Positions 26,956 through 40,671 of a stretch of 64,000 nt of DNA are shown here, piece after piece. The DNA lies in assembly GCA_037447605.1 (NCBI GenBank), contig CM074815.1, forward strand, positions 2,666,001 to 2,730,000. Direction: 5' to 3'. The position numbers were made by a program, and so were the translations under genes. The notes under the pieces were generated by a model that was not told the DNA's origin, searched no databases, and saw nothing but the letters and a program-made list of their open reading frames with translations. Source of the stretch: Zygnema circumcarinatum SAG 698-1b (lineage: Eukaryota; Plantae; Zygnematophyceae). Positions within the stretch are counted from its first letter, which is position 1. Every line of letters begins with the position of its first letter.

Positions 26956-28924
26956 GGCGGCTGCAGGGGAGAGGGGAAGGGCTGAAGCTGGAAAAGAGGG
27001 AGGGAGGGANNNNNNNNNNAAAAATCAGGGGTAAAATCTGCCCGACGGAAAAAGGTTTGTATAGATCCCAGAAAGGTGTGAAAAAAGCATTTTTTCGTTT
27101 TTTATCCTTTATTTTCTTAAATAGAACCTGCCCGGCGACAAAAGGTCTGTGTGTAGACAAAAAAGGTGTGAGAATAGAATTTTCCAAAAAAATACGATTT
27201 CTATCATCAGCTAATGGGGTACCGCCACGTGGCCAAGAAGTTGGCTTTTAGTGAGAGCCGGCGAATGTCAGGCCGGCAGGCCGTACATTAAAACACGGAA
27301 ATCAGATTTTGTCAAATATTCAGCAAATTTCTTTTCCTCACAATTTACTGAATATTTTAAAGACTGAGTATTCGGAAATTCCCATATCAATTGACTTTAC
27401 AGTACTTGTTCTGGCATTGAATTTACAAAAGGGTCAATTTTTTTTTGCTTGTTCAGTACAACCGAGAAATTTTTGTCTCTGACGTTTCCTAATTAACATT
27501 ATTTGTCGTTATTTTTAAACTTGACATTCGAGCCGATGATGGCGTCTGACGAAGCGACACGTGGCAGGACCGCGCGAGAACTCCGGTCAACGTCGCGTGC
27601 CGACAACACGTGGCATTGATCGCGCGATGGCGATGGCATGAATGGTGCATGTTCAACAACAACATGGAGAACCACGAGGACCTGGTAACACAGGACCTAG
27701 GGACAATCGAGAAAGGCTATGAACTGAACTACGATTCTACGCCCAACAAAAAAATAAACACGGTTATGGGCTGAGCTGCGCTACTAGAAGCTTCCTTACT
27801 GAAGAATGTTTGGGTGTTCCAAGCTGTAAACCCTAAAGTTGTGGTCAAGGGATGGTATTGGGTCATCAATGTTGGGAATGCAACATGCAAACAAGTACTT
27901 GCTTGCACATGCGTGTACAATGTTGGGGTCCTAAGGAAGTACTGTAGTCAGATGCGAATGTTGCTCCAACCATGTAAGCTGACGTCACTTCCAACTAGGC
28001 TTGCGTCACTTCCAACTATGCTTACGTCACCATGCCCTAATGACGAATCGCCTATTCGCCTTGCGCTGCAGCGCTTGCTAACCAACCATTCAAAAGCTGC
28101 CACGTGGAAGCAAGCTCAGATCCAGTCAAAGGTAACTGGAATGTTGAACTGGCTACGGAGTACCGAACACTTTCACATGGAACGGCTCGCCTATTTGTAA
28201 AAAACGACTGTGTGCATTTTTATTCAGAATGAAGTCCTTCAACTGCTCCGTTTCAAGCCATCCATTTGGGAAATCCCCTCCCCTAAGCTTATGTGCATGA
28301 AGAAATTCAAGCTAAAAAGTCACAATTTTGCTTCCAAAACTTTCCCCAGCAAAAAAGTTTACTTAATACTCTATTTTTGCAGGTGCAGATCTTCACTCTT
28401 AAAACGTGTGCCTCCCCTTATTCAAATGTTTTCTACTATGGCGCGAAACCCTAATCAGGAATGCTTCACTCTTTCGCCGACCCTCCCCTTGCGTCCAAAC
28501 ACCACCCATTTGCATCTTTATGACTTTCTCCACCTTTGTGAGAAGGCTTAAAACCCTAAAACCCTAAAACCCTAGAATCCCTAAAAGTCCTCCCTGCTTT
28601 TGGGCTTTTCTCGAGTTCCGGATTCACTTTATGCAGGCGCCACGCAGCGGCCCGCCCGTAAAAGTTCAATTAAAAAAAAGAACGACGCTTGCTTCCTGCG
28701 CATGGCAATACAAGGAGCGTTTATGTAATAAATAGGGAAGAAATGCAGTGCAGATGCTCATTCGTTGAGCCCCCCAACACCTATTCCTCCCCCTTTTTAG
28801 AAAGCCTAAAAGCCCTAAAACCCTGACTCTCACCCGCTCCCTCCCTCCCCCCCTTCATTCTCTCTCTCTCTCTCCCTCGCTCCCCCTCTCTCTCCCTTCG
28901 CCCTCTCTCCCCCTCTCTCTCTCT

Positions 28925-29018
<94 letters not shown>

Positions 29019-29129
29019 TCTCTCTCTCTGTCTTTCCCTCTCCCTCCCCCCCTTCACTCTCTCTCTCTCCCTCTCCCGCCCCCACACACAAATCTATCTT
29101 GAGCTTATAGGGGCTTTGGATGTGCTTAC

Positions 29130-32100
29130 TACTCGTGCATGTGAAGCTATGAGGGGAAGCCACGTGGCATTTGTCGCACGTGCACTTTCCTCTCTTTGCC
29201 CCGTCCCGCGAACAGACCCCCTTCAGCCCGCACGCTCCGCCCGGCTGCTTGGCGTCGCAGAAATTGGCGCACTCTTTGGCGGACTTTTGGGGGCCAAAGC
29301 CGGCGGAGGCTTGCAGACAGTTTCCCTGCGCTCTGACGACCGTCGATTGCGGATCGATCTCGACGGCTGAGAAGTAGTTGTTTTGCAATTGGAGGTCGAA
29401 GCCGTCCGCGCTCGAAAAGACGACATCTCCGGAGAGATAGTTGTTGTTCACATATCTGCAGAGTTTGGAGCTTCAGGACTTAGTTTGTATGGTATGAAGC
29501 AGGGGGGAGAGAGAGGGAGAGAGAGAGAGATAATGAACGGGTTTAGGGTTTTTAGGGCAAAAAACTTACAAACTGTATATAATTGGTGGGTTCCCTGGCT
29601 CAGGCAGCCTTCCAATGAGTTCGTTATCACTCAGATTTCTGCAGGTATGTGAAACTTCATCAACTTTAGTCGACCATCATAACGTCGTCCATTCAAGGAG
29701 ACAGGGATCACTTTGATTTTCATCTAAAGCATATGGAAAAGGATCGTGAATTCAATTGGTGCCTTTACTACTTGCAATCGAAGGTATGGTTTTTTTTTTT
29801 TTTTAGGTTAACCTACACCAAATCACAGTTGACGATCCATGCAGGCACAGTTCCAGTGAGGTCGTTGGACATCAAAAATCTGCACAGACAGACAGTCAGG
29901 ATCTCTGATCATTAGAATGAGAGAAAGGCAGTTCAGAAAGATTTTTTTTTGCTGGAGTTTGAATTGGTCGCTAATACTCTATCGATCAATACAGAATATA
30001 TCTGACCTTCACAGCATGTGATTATATTATTCTTTGACATCAACCGTATGATTGACCTATGAAGAAGTGGAGTCAGAAAACCATGAAGAAGCACAGTTCT
30101 AAACAAAGCATTCAAGATACAGAGACGAGAAAGAATTCACATAACAAGGCATGAAGGTTTCCTTACAGCTCTCTTATCGGTTTCAGCGAACTCGAGCGTT
30201 GAGGGATAGAGCCTGAAATTTCGTTACTTGACAAGTCTCTGCAACAGCACCACCCATATCGCCTTCAGAACCATCAAAAAGATATGAAAAACGCAGAACC
30301 GATCCAAAAAGATAATGCAATGGACATCAGTCACAGATATACTTCATGACATCTGTCTGATAGCGCCTGTAAGCGCCATATCTGCATCCTATGAAGGTTC
30401 ATAAGAACACTTCGAAGGCGGGACTAACCCTCAAGGGCACTTACAGCAGCATTAAGCTCGGCAAATTGACGATGGCTGGCGGAATCGGTCCGGTGAGATT
30501 GTTAGCACTCAATGTTCTGCAAATGGCGCCATCAAAAAGTGCAATTTTCGGATATGGTTAACATTCTGGACAGCTTCTCAGTGGTGAAACATCGCGCGAG
30601 GAATTTTGAGGCATGCATGAGAAGAGAACTTTACATATTTCATGCAGAATGCAGAATTTTGAACATCCAGAGTGTAATTTCAAGAAAACCATAACCTTAC
30701 TGAGAATACTATTCATGCATGCATGCAATGGCAGTGGTGAATCACAGGGCTCAATCTGACAGGACTTACAAGCCGCCCAGATTTGAAAGCTGAGCAATGT
30801 CTGCTGGTATCGCTCCAACGAAATTATTTTCGCTCAGGTCTCTGTTCCAGCCATCAGCCACGGCTGCAATTAGATAGATAGCTTCAAAGCAGGCACCCGG
30901 TGAGGGAGGGAGGGAGGGAGGGAGGGAGGGAGGGAGGGCAGGGGCACCACCCGGGGAGGGAGGAAAGGGTGGGAGGAAGGGCAGGGGCACCACCCGGGGA
31001 GGGTGGGAGGGAGGGCAGGGGCACCACCCGGGGAGGCAGTAAAGGCTGGGAGGAAGGGCAGGGGCACCACCCGGGGAGGCAGTAAAGGCTGGGAGGAAGG
31101 GCAGGGGCACCACCCGGGGAGGGAGGGAAGGAAGGGCTGCTAGAAATTTAGGATGCCGAGTACGCGATAGGGACAGAATCGATATGCCGCGGAATATATC
31201 GAATGGAGTTGAAACGACATTATCGTATCGACTCGCTACGAATTGTATCGCGTTGAAATGTTGAAATTGTTTCATGACGATATATCGTATCTGTTTTATA
31301 CGATATATATCGCGCCAAAGCTACTACAGGTATATCGTTATATTCCGTAAGTATCGTTTCGTATCGATATGAAATATATCGAATGACTCGATACGATACG
31401 GACATGACTTCCTTCACAGGCAGGAGGGGTCTGGAACGCCTCTGCAGAAGGGAGCAGGTGAAAGGTTCTACTCTACTATATAATTAAATAAATAAAAAGA
31501 AATCATCATCGTCATCGTGAGAACAACTCCACATCTCCTCTCTTCCAATGAAAAAGGAGAGATAACGAGTCTTTTTGTACTTATTCAGCTTCCGCTATAG
31601 AAGGCTATAGGGAGGCTGAGCCCCTTTAGAGACATCGCCCTTGTTTTAGGGTTTTTAGGGTTTTTAGGGTTTTTAGTTGACTGAGCCAGCAAAAAAACGT
31701 ACAGCGTGACCAAGTTCTTCATTTTTCCAAGTCCCTCCGGAATGCTCCCTCCCAGCGAGCACCTCCAACAGGTTCTGCCACAAAGACGCAAACAGGAAGG
31801 GAAAAAAATTTCAAATAGAGACCCTCCCAACATTCTGAGACGCAAACCACTCGTTTTTTATCCAAATCTATCAACGCCCGCATCCCTAACTTTCAGCATG
31901 TTACGACTTCCTCTCTTCAAACTCGCAACTTCATTTGAATTGAGTCGTTGAGTCGGCGTAGTGGGGTGAGCACTCACAGCTCCGTCAGCTCCTTTAGCGG
32001 AAGAACGTTCTCAAAGCCGGCGGTGATTCGCGCCTCGCCCAAGTACCTGCTCGCACAAAAATCCGTGAAACTTGTGGCGTGACGTCATGTAACAGGAACG

Positions 32101-35100
32101 TGACGTGATGAACAGGGACGTGACGTGACGTCACAGAGACGTGACGTGACGAAACAGGGACGTGACGTGATGTAACAGAGACGTGACGTGATGTAACAGG
32201 AACGTGACGTGACGTAACAGAGACGTGACGTGACATAACAGGGACGTGACGTGATGTAACAGAGACGTGACGTGATGTAACAAGGACATGACGTGACGTA
32301 ACAGAGACGTGACGTGACATAACAGGGACGTGGCGTGACGTAACAGAGACGTGACGTGACGTAACAGGGACGTGGCGTGACGTAACAGAGACGTGACGTA
32401 ACGTAACAGGGACGTGACGTGATGTAACAGAGACGTGACGTGATGTAACAGGGACGTGACGTGATGCTACGACAAGACGTGACGTGATGCGGTATGCAAC
32501 TGAATAGCAGTGCGAAACAGGAAGTGACGTGACGTGACGTGACGTGAAGTGGCGTGACGTGACGTGAAGTGGCGTGACGTGACGTGACGTGAAGTGGCGT
32601 GACGTGACGTGAAGTGGCGTGACGTGGCGTGGCGTGACATGAAGGCGGCTCTGGATGGTTACGCGCACACGACTGATTTCAAAGGAAGCAATTGAAGCGA
32701 TTGAAGGCAGGATGGTCCTCGGAGGGAACTCAGCAATGGAGAAGAGGAGCGGTTGGCATACAAAGATTTCATCTTGACCAGGTTTTGAAACTCCTTCGGA
32801 ATGGGCCCCTCCAGCTTGGCCGAGCCGAGCGAGCTGAACCCACGCAAGAAAATCCACCAGCAGAATGCAAAGCATCAAAACCTGCTTTGAATTCTCGTCG
32901 AAGCGAGGGGTTAAGCGGCCAAAGTGTTGAGCTGTGGGGGGCTCTTGAGTGAAGAAAAACAGGAGCCAACGCAGCAAGCTGAAAGAATCTCTATGATAGG
33001 GAGGACACTTACAAGCTTTCTAGCTGCACATAGGAACCCAAAACGGAAGGGAAGCCTCCAGAGAATTCATTCAACGCCAAATACCTGTAAAGGGGAAAAC
33101 CAAGTACAGACATACTGCACATATCAACTCAAAAATAATAGAGTCTTAAAAAATCAGGAGTAAGCACTAAATTGCTCTCCCTGCCAGAAGTCAATGCATT
33201 TTTTTTTTCAAAACTTTTTTCCGTGCTAGTCAGTTAACAGAGAATCGATGAAGGCTCAAATAACGTACAGCTCTTCCAATTTTTGGAAATTTCCCAGAAA
33301 GTCAACCAGCTCTCCAGTGAAGCTGTTATCTTGGAGGTCCCTGAGAGCCCGTCCCACAGATCGAACCCAATCCCCCGTGAGTTATTCGAACGGCTCTCTC
33401 CCCCATTTTCTCTTTCTTTCGCATCCTATCTCACTTCTCTCTCTCTCTCTCCCTCCCTCTTTCTCTCTCTCCTTTCATCCCCATAAGCGATTTGTCCGGC
33501 GAAGCAAAAGATGAGCTACGGCCTGTAAAGGAAATCCTAAAGCTCCAGAATTTCTTTAGTTTCCATGAATCCAACAAAAGCGAACCTCAAGAAGTATTTA
33601 CAGCCCCTCAATCTCTGCACGTAAGTCAGTACAAACTGAAAATTCCCTTAGCTAGCGGCGACCTTAATGCTAGTATGAATGCGAGAGAATGAGAAAAAGA
33701 GAGAGAGAGAGAGAGAGCAGGTGGAGGGCTCCTCAGTCCTCACAGAAGCTCAAGATTTTTCAGCCCCTTCAAGGCATAAGGCGTTCCAGAGAAGTCGTTT
33801 TGGCCTAAGTCTCTGCTCCCTCCAATCAAGCGGCGAACTAAACGTAGCGATTAGTGGTGACTTTACAATGCCAAGAACAAGTTTTTCCATTACAAAGGAA
33901 AATGCAAAGAACTTAAATTCCAAGTTTTGCCTGTTACTTTCCCTCCTTGCTAAGGAATATAACGAAAATCGACAAGTCTGGGTGCGGAGATTGCCTCCTT
34001 GTGCTAATTTGGTACTTACAGTTCTCTCAAGTCCTTCAAGTTTTGAATTCCAACGGGAATGGTCCCATTTAGAGCACTCTTTTTCGTGCCATCAACTCCC
34101 AATTTTTGATTCGCCCAAACATCCCTGCCCAGAAAGAACCCTTAAGAAGATGAGATTTTTTGAAGCAGGTTATCTAAGACTAAGTCAAAATTATTTCGAA
34201 AGGTATAGCTGTAGGACTAGATTCTAGAGACTCAGTTTTCAGGAATCCGCAAGAAAACATTATTAGCAACTTACAGGACTTGAAGCTTGGTCAGCTTTCC
34301 AATACTGATCGGCAGCGGACCAGAGAGAGCGTTCTCTCGGAGAGACCTGCACTCAAATATTGACATGATTGACTAAATGAAGCAGATAAGCAATCGACTG
34401 CCACTATTCAAATTTCATTGCAGGAAAAAACGAAACGAATCATCAAAAGGAAAAATCTCTGCTTTATCGATAGAAAAATAAGGGGAAGAATAGATGACTC
34501 TGATCCTTACAGAATCTCGAGGTTTACTAGGTTTCCAATGTCCGCAGGTATGCCTCCTGTGAGCTGCTGTCCAGCGATAACTCTGCACCCATCACCAACT
34601 AAACTTCTGTCAATATTGTCTCAAACTTTCAAATTGAGGACGAGCCGAACCAAAAAAAACTGCAATTTTGTACGAGATTTAAGTGATTTGAGTCGTTGAG
34701 TCCGCTTGTCGAGTTAAAACATTCGAGTTTGCGTTAAGGCATTTATGATCCCTAAGGAGTTCGAACGCCTATTGGGGCTTCAAAGGGTTTTACGGTAACT
34801 GTGTTTAGGGGATTTCGATGTCGTAAGGATGTATGTACTCACAATCTCCTCAAGGAAGTGAGCTCAGTTATGCGATTCGGGATGCTTCCAGTGAGTGGGG
34901 TCGCACCAAGATTGCTGGGGAAGGACTTGCCGGCAAGTGACCAAAACGGTACAGAGGAGAGGAACCTGCAGTCAAGAGCACCACTTTTAGAGGCAGATGG
35001 GTCGTATTCGTACCACATTCTCGTACCTCGGAACTGCCATTCCTACGACTCACATTCACACCGTAACTGATTTAAGTTAAGAAATCAATTGCCGAGGGGG

Positions 35101-35137
35101 GGGGAGAGAGAGGGAGGGAGAGAGAGAGAGAGAGAGG

Positions 35138-35194
<57 letters not shown>

Positions 35195-36490
35195 ACAGAG
35201 AGCGATGGAGAGACAGAGAGAGAGAGAGGGAAAGAGAGCGATGAAGAGACAGAGAGAGAGAGGAAAAGGGAGAGGGGGCGAGTGAGAGAGAGGGAGAGAG
35301 ACAGAGAGAGAGAGGAGGAGAGTGAGAGAGAGGGAGAGAAAACAGCTGAAACACGTATTGCATTTGTAACAGTTAAAACTTCAAGTCTACCTTCGAGCAA
35401 AGATTCCCATAAGCATATACTAAACGAGGGACTAAAGCACGGGCCACTCAGTGTCCGTCCAACTGAAGACATAACAATTGAAGGGATCCAGAAGTTCAAA
35501 GCAAGTTTTCAACAGGCAACCTTGTCCGAGGATCAATAGTAGAAATTCCATTCAAGTTCTTTCGAATTCAAAAGCCTCCCCTTTCTACGAAACATCTTCC
35601 CCCATAGTCATCATCTTCAACGTTCTTCCAGCAGAGCATGGTTTTACTTTTTTTCTATTTTGCGACCGAAAAAAAAAACTTGTTCAAAAAACCCACAAGG
35701 AGATGACGTTTCCTTCGTTATCACACGTCACGCCCAGCCACTCGCTGCAATCGTTCCCCGACCACCATGACGTCAGCGGCGAGGGCCCATTGGGCTTCAA
35801 CGCAATCCTCACACTCTGCAGAGCGCCTGTCCCCCCAAAGACTCCCCCTCCTCCCGCACGTGTGAACGATAACACTTGGGGCAGCGGCATTCCAGTGCGC
35901 GCCAAATTGCAAGGGCACAGCCTTGCATGCACGGAAACGGTCCGTTTCGACGGATCAACTGAAACTGTTTCAAAACACGCTTTCATGGAAAGGCAGGTAA
36001 AGCTTACTTTGTTGTGCAGGAGCGATTGGTACGGCCGCCACGTGTCTTGCATAGACTGGTAGAAGGACAGCGAGGATGACGTGCACCAGGGCGGTGGGAG
36101 ACGACCTGCAAAGCCCCATCACAGCCATAGCCCATGGCTCAGACCCGCCATCCCATCATGCATAAAGGCCGTAGGCCATGCATACATGCAAGGTGACATG
36201 ACCTCCATGGGCCATGCCTGCCAATTGCCAGGCATGCATGCCCATGCGGCCATACATGCCAAGGGCCATGGGGCCACGCATGCATGGGGCAGACACGCCA
36301 AAAGGATGTGCCGACAAGCTAACAAATGGCAAACGAGCATGTCATAAGCCATGCTTGCATGCATGCATGCATGAACGCCATGGGTCCTTAAGCAAGTTTA
36401 ACAAGTGCCATGCATGCCTTTCCAGCTAGCCAACCATTGGGGCGGGATGCTAGGGTTTAGGGCTCACGGAGACCGGCTCGCGGCAGCCAT
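29130..36490 (-). CDS. Signal-peptide LRR protein with C-terminal Cys-rich/EGF-like module (LRR-1); no kinase found
   Basis: Exons 36490-36468, 36105-36008 (signal peptide), 35826-35697 (LRRNT: SWWSGNDCSEWLGVTCD). Phase-2 LRR exons start at 34914, 34582, 34346, 34124, 33812, 33340, 33084, 32833, 32046, 31774, 30841, 30516, 30238, 29879, 29638 (mostly 72 bp). Exon 29455-29130 has NCL..QKSAKECANFC..GGACG..GVC..KCTCDKC..FTC. The link between 35697 and 34914 and the final exon are unresolved. Confidence 0.85.
30893..31135 (+). repeat. ~41-bp tandem repeat (GGCAGGGGCACCACCCGGGGAGG...) in an LRR-1 intron
   Basis: About 5-6 copies of the core read directly. Confidence 0.8.
32085..32640 (+). repeat. 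21/42-bp minisatellite built from GTGAC/TGACGT units in an LRR-1 intron
   Basis: Alternating ACAG(G/A)GACGTGACGTGATGTA units, then GTGACGTGAAGTGGC units. Confidence 0.9.
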
Positions 36491-37325
36491 GGCGCTGGAG
36501 AAGAATGCGAGGCGGGCGGGCCTCAGTATGGGAGAGGAGGCCCCCTAGAGAACTAACTACAGTATGGGTGTGGGACCATGAGAGGACCACAACACGAACT
36601 TGCAATAATGAGAGGACTTTTTTGGCGGAGGAAAAGCGAGGACGGGCTGTACCGACAAAAAAATCACAGTCTTCAAGTGCCGGTTACTGAAGCCGTCCAT
36701 GAGAGACCGTACGTTTTGCGTACGGAAACAAGAGCCGGCAAAGCGGCGGTTACGGAAGCGGGTATTTGGGATCTCTGCACGTGTGAATAACGAGCGGGAT
36801 TGGCAGAGGGATATCTGCGATAGAAGATTTGGGGCCAAAGGAGAATCTCGAGATTTAATGGTATCTGATTAAGATGGTCTGCGTGTGACACGTGTCGATC
36901 GGGGGTGGGTGCTCGGCTGGCTGAGGCGATTCGCCGAATTTGGATTTTAGGGTTTGTACAGCGAATGGGCGGATGCCAGCTGGAAATTTTCAAATCTGGA
37001 ATGAATAACGGATCGCGGTGGACTCGTACGGAGAGGACTTGATAACGACCAGGGCTGTCGGGCAAGACTGCCAGGCTGGCGCTAAGACTTCAGCGGTTTC
37101 AGAAACCCTAAGAATCAAAACCCTAAAACTCGAAACATCAACGAGTGTTTTCATTTTTTATTTAACAAAAAAAAAGAAACGAACTAGGCTCAAACATTGT
37201 TGTTAGCAAAACCCTACGCTACAACAAGGTAACGTATTGAAATGTCTAAAAAAAAGGTCCTCCTCAAGAATTTTTTCTTGCAGACCGTTCAGATTTCGTA
37301 TTAAAAAAAATATATTGAAGCGTCA

Positions 37326-38511
37326 GGGGAGTCAGACCTTGACCATTGCTTACGAAATTCCCGAATTCCATCTACTAAAAGTCACTTCGTCCGTGTACGA
37401 ATTCCGGGTCGGGATCCGCCGCTCCGCCGTTCCCAGCCGTACTAAAATGCGTACCTAATCAATGCTTAATTCGCCCGACAGACTTACGAAATTGATTCGG
37501 CGATGGTCAAGGTCCCTCTCATCCCGACCTGGATTTTTCACACGAAACTTTCACTTTTCGTATAAGGAAGGGTAGTGATATTTCCACCCCTTTTTTGGAT
37601 CCAAACACCCTTTCCCGGCCGGGCAGATTTCTAAAAGGATTAAAAACGTAAAATGCTTTTTTCACACCTTTTTGGAATCGATACCCACCCTCCATCGGCA
37701 GATTTTATTTTTGCGAAACAAGGAAAATGATAACCCGTCACCCCATTTTGAATATCCCGCTTACCTGAATTTCACTTTTTACTATTTGATCTGCAGTCGG
37801 GCTCGGTCACAGCGAATGGCACGTGCCCACGTATCCCGCCAAAGTCGCCTCAAAAGTTGTTTCGTACAAATGTCGTACGGTCGCAACTTTGAGGAACCCA
37901 AAATTTCGTACATTGAGAGCTTGGACCAATCAAAATTTCCACGTCAAAAGTGTAACACGTGGCACCTGTTGATTGGCTGGGAGCTAACAATGACGAGATC
38001 TCGGGCCGATTGACGCGCGCACTCGCACGTGCGATTCGGCTTTGACGGGACTCGTGGGCGCTTTCCATTCGCTAAGATCGAGCCCGGTTGCAGATCGAAC
38101 GGTGACCTGCAGTGATGCGATCTGCGAGGGAATCGACAGCTGCGATTGACACACACGTGTGAAGGACGGACACCGGCGAACAATCTCGTGGCGGACGGAT
38201 CTTCCACTTCGAGCGGATTCGGGCTGGCAGATATTTCTTTCCCTCAAAAAAAAATTTCAGCTAGGCGGGATACAGTATTCAAAATGCAGTGACGGGGTAT
38301 CATTTTCCTTGGTTAGCAAAAATAAAATCAGCCGACGGAAGAAGGTGGGTATCGATTCCAAAAAGGTGTGAAAAAAGCATTTTCCGTTTTTAATCCCTTT
38401 TGAAATCTGCCCGGCCGGGAAGGGGTGTTTGGATCCAAAAAAGGGGTGGAAATATCACTACCCATAAGGAATTCGGGAATTTCGTAAGCGATGGTCAAGG
38501 TCTGACTCCCC
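37326..38511. mobile_element. MITE with ~43-bp TIRs (GGGGAGTCAGACCTTGACCAT...), host of a nested element
   Basis: 37326-37368 is the reverse complement of ~38468-38511. No clear TSD. Confidence 0.7.
37570..38463. mobile_element. Non-autonomous DNA transposon with ~205-bp TIRs and 8-bp TSD (Mutator-like MITE)
   Basis: Arms 37570-~37775 and ~38255-38463 are inverted repeats. TSD ATAAGGAA at 37562-37569 and 38464-38471. Confidence 0.9.
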
Positions 38512-38737
38512 CTATTGACTCAAAATGTCACCTGTCACTAAGATGTCACCTGATCTGACAAGAATCAAAAATCAGTAAACGACACGTCTTGACCGTACAA
38601 TGTCTCACTGGCAGACAAATTTGTCAGTTGACCGTTCGACGCCGACGATCCGGAACGGACCGGAAGGTATCCGAACAGTGGCACTCGGTCAAGAAACTGT
38701 TGTACGGAACTAGAGACCGTACACCGTTTTGGACATA

Positions 38738-39243
38738 CAGTAGGACCCCATCATATTTTCCACCTCAACATTTGCGTCACCAATAAATTCGCACCAATTT
38801 TGCCGAAACCACTTTTTTGTACGGTAACTTCATGTTAGCCGTACAAACCGTACTAACCGTACTAACCGTACTAGCCGTACTAGCTGTACTAGCCGTCACG
38901 GGCTTACGCAAAACACACCTATTCTCCCCGCACGTGCCGCCGTCAGAGGCGCTCGCTCTTCTCCCCTTCTTCTTGGATTCGATACGATACGATACGGTAC
39001 GATACAATAAGAAACTCCCCGATACGGTACTATCCGTACTAGCTGTAGTAGCCGATGCTAAACGATACAGTACGATACAGTACGATACGGTACGATATAG
39101 TGCGATACGATACGTACGGACTCACATAAACTCTAACGTAATACCGCCCGTCTATTGGTAACACAGACCTGATATTTGCCAAAAACAATATTTTCGCCGG
39201 ATTTTCGCGAAACCCAGGTGGAAAATATGATGGGGTCCTACTG
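38738..39243. mobile_element. Tc1/mariner-type MITE, copy A
   Basis: TA|CAGTAGGACCCCATCATATTTTCCACC...GGTGGAAAATATGATGGGGTCCTACTG|TA. Confidence 0.9.
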
Positions 39244-39245
39244 TA

Positions 39246-39779
39246 CAGTCGGCGGTCCTCGTATTTACCACGCCAAGGAGTGCGCCCTCAATATTTTCGC
39301 CCCAATTTTGCCGAAACCACTTTTTTGTACGGTAACTTGTGCTAGCCGTACTGTCCGTACTGTCTGTACTATCCGTTACGGGCTTACGCAAAACTCACCT
39401 AATCTCCCCGCTCGTGCCGCCGTAAGAGGCGCTCGCTCTTCTCCCCGTCTTCTTGACTTCGATACGATACGATACGATATGTTCAATACGATACGAAACT
39501 CCCCGATACGGTACTATCCGTAGTACGGCATCATCAATGAGACGAACAACATAGTCCTAAAAACTCCGCTTATGCGTCACGATATGTCACGATACGATAC
39601 GATGCTAAATGATACAGTACGATACGGTACGATATTGTACGGTAGGCTACGTACGGTCCAACATGAACTCTAACATAATACCGCCCGTCTATTCGTAACA
39701 CGAACCTTATATATGCAAATTTAATATTTTCGCCTCATTTTACCCGGAACAAGGGTGGAAAATATGAGGACCCTGACTG
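39246..39779. mobile_element. Tc1/mariner-type MITE, copy B, inserted at the TA of copy A
   Basis: Starts CAGTCGGCGGTCCTCGTATTT and ends GGTGGAAAATATGAGGACCCTGACTG. Internal sequence is collinear with copy A. Confidence 0.8.
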
Positions 39780-39802
39780 ACTCTCTAGACTCTCTAGACT
39801 GA

Positions 39803-40196
39803 GGGTGGGGGTCCATCAGCGTTTGCCTGTACCGCCACATCGGATTAGAGTCATGAAGGGAGAATTGCGGGTTCCATCAGAGGTCACGCGAGCCAATCAG
39901 CGGACGCCACGCTGCGGCGCACGATTGGCCACGCCAGGGCGGCTGTGCGCCAGCGTGGCCGCCGTACCCCCGTGGCATCTCGAACGGATCTTCAACGCCA
40001 CGCGGCGGCGCACGATTGGAAAACTCAGGCGTACTTCCCCAAAACTCACTTCAGAGGGTATGTTCTGGGGAACTACGCCTGTACCTCCACGTCGGGCCTA
40101 GTCGGTCCTAGTCGGCGCCACGACGGCGCCACATCATCCTCCAAAACTACGCCTGTACCTCCACGTCGGCGAAAAAACGCTGATGGACCCCCACCC
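39803..40196. mobile_element. PIF/Harbinger (Tourist-like) MITE
   Basis: TGA|GGGTGGGGGTCCATCAGCGTTT...AAACGCTGATGGACCCCCACCC|TGA: 22-bp TIR, 3-bp TSD. Confidence 0.85.
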
Positions 40197-40671
40197 TGAG
40201 ACTGTAGACTCTCTAGCGGATAACGAACTAGACGCGGAGCATGAAGCGACAAGGTCAAGGTTGGTCGCGCGAACAATGCGACGCGATAAGTTCCGGGACC
40301 GTGACGTGACGAATCGGAGTATTCGCGCGCGCGGCGCGACGTGTCAAGTTTCGGGCGAAACGAGCGGGGGCGCGCACGGGCGCGCGAAACTGTACGGACG
40401 CCAAACGAAAAAAAAAAACATCGAATTGGCGGACGGCGATGCGCTACGCGAGCGCGGCCGGAATTCGGACGGCAGCCGGAAAAGCGCTAAGGGCCGTAGA
40501 GACAGACGTCATGGTCCTTGCACGCCGGCGGACGTGACACGGGTCACGTGCTGCTGCACCTACATAAGCTGCCTTGCAGCGCTACTTTTCATAACCTCCA
40601 TACTCACAATAGAAACAGTGTGCAGCAGGATGAAACGTTCAAGAACCTCATAGTGACACCAATGGAGGGTG

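Noticed and set aside
27700-29100. Kinase or TM exons downstream of LRR-1
   Set aside because: No protein-kinase motifs or clear hydrophobic exon found by manual reading.
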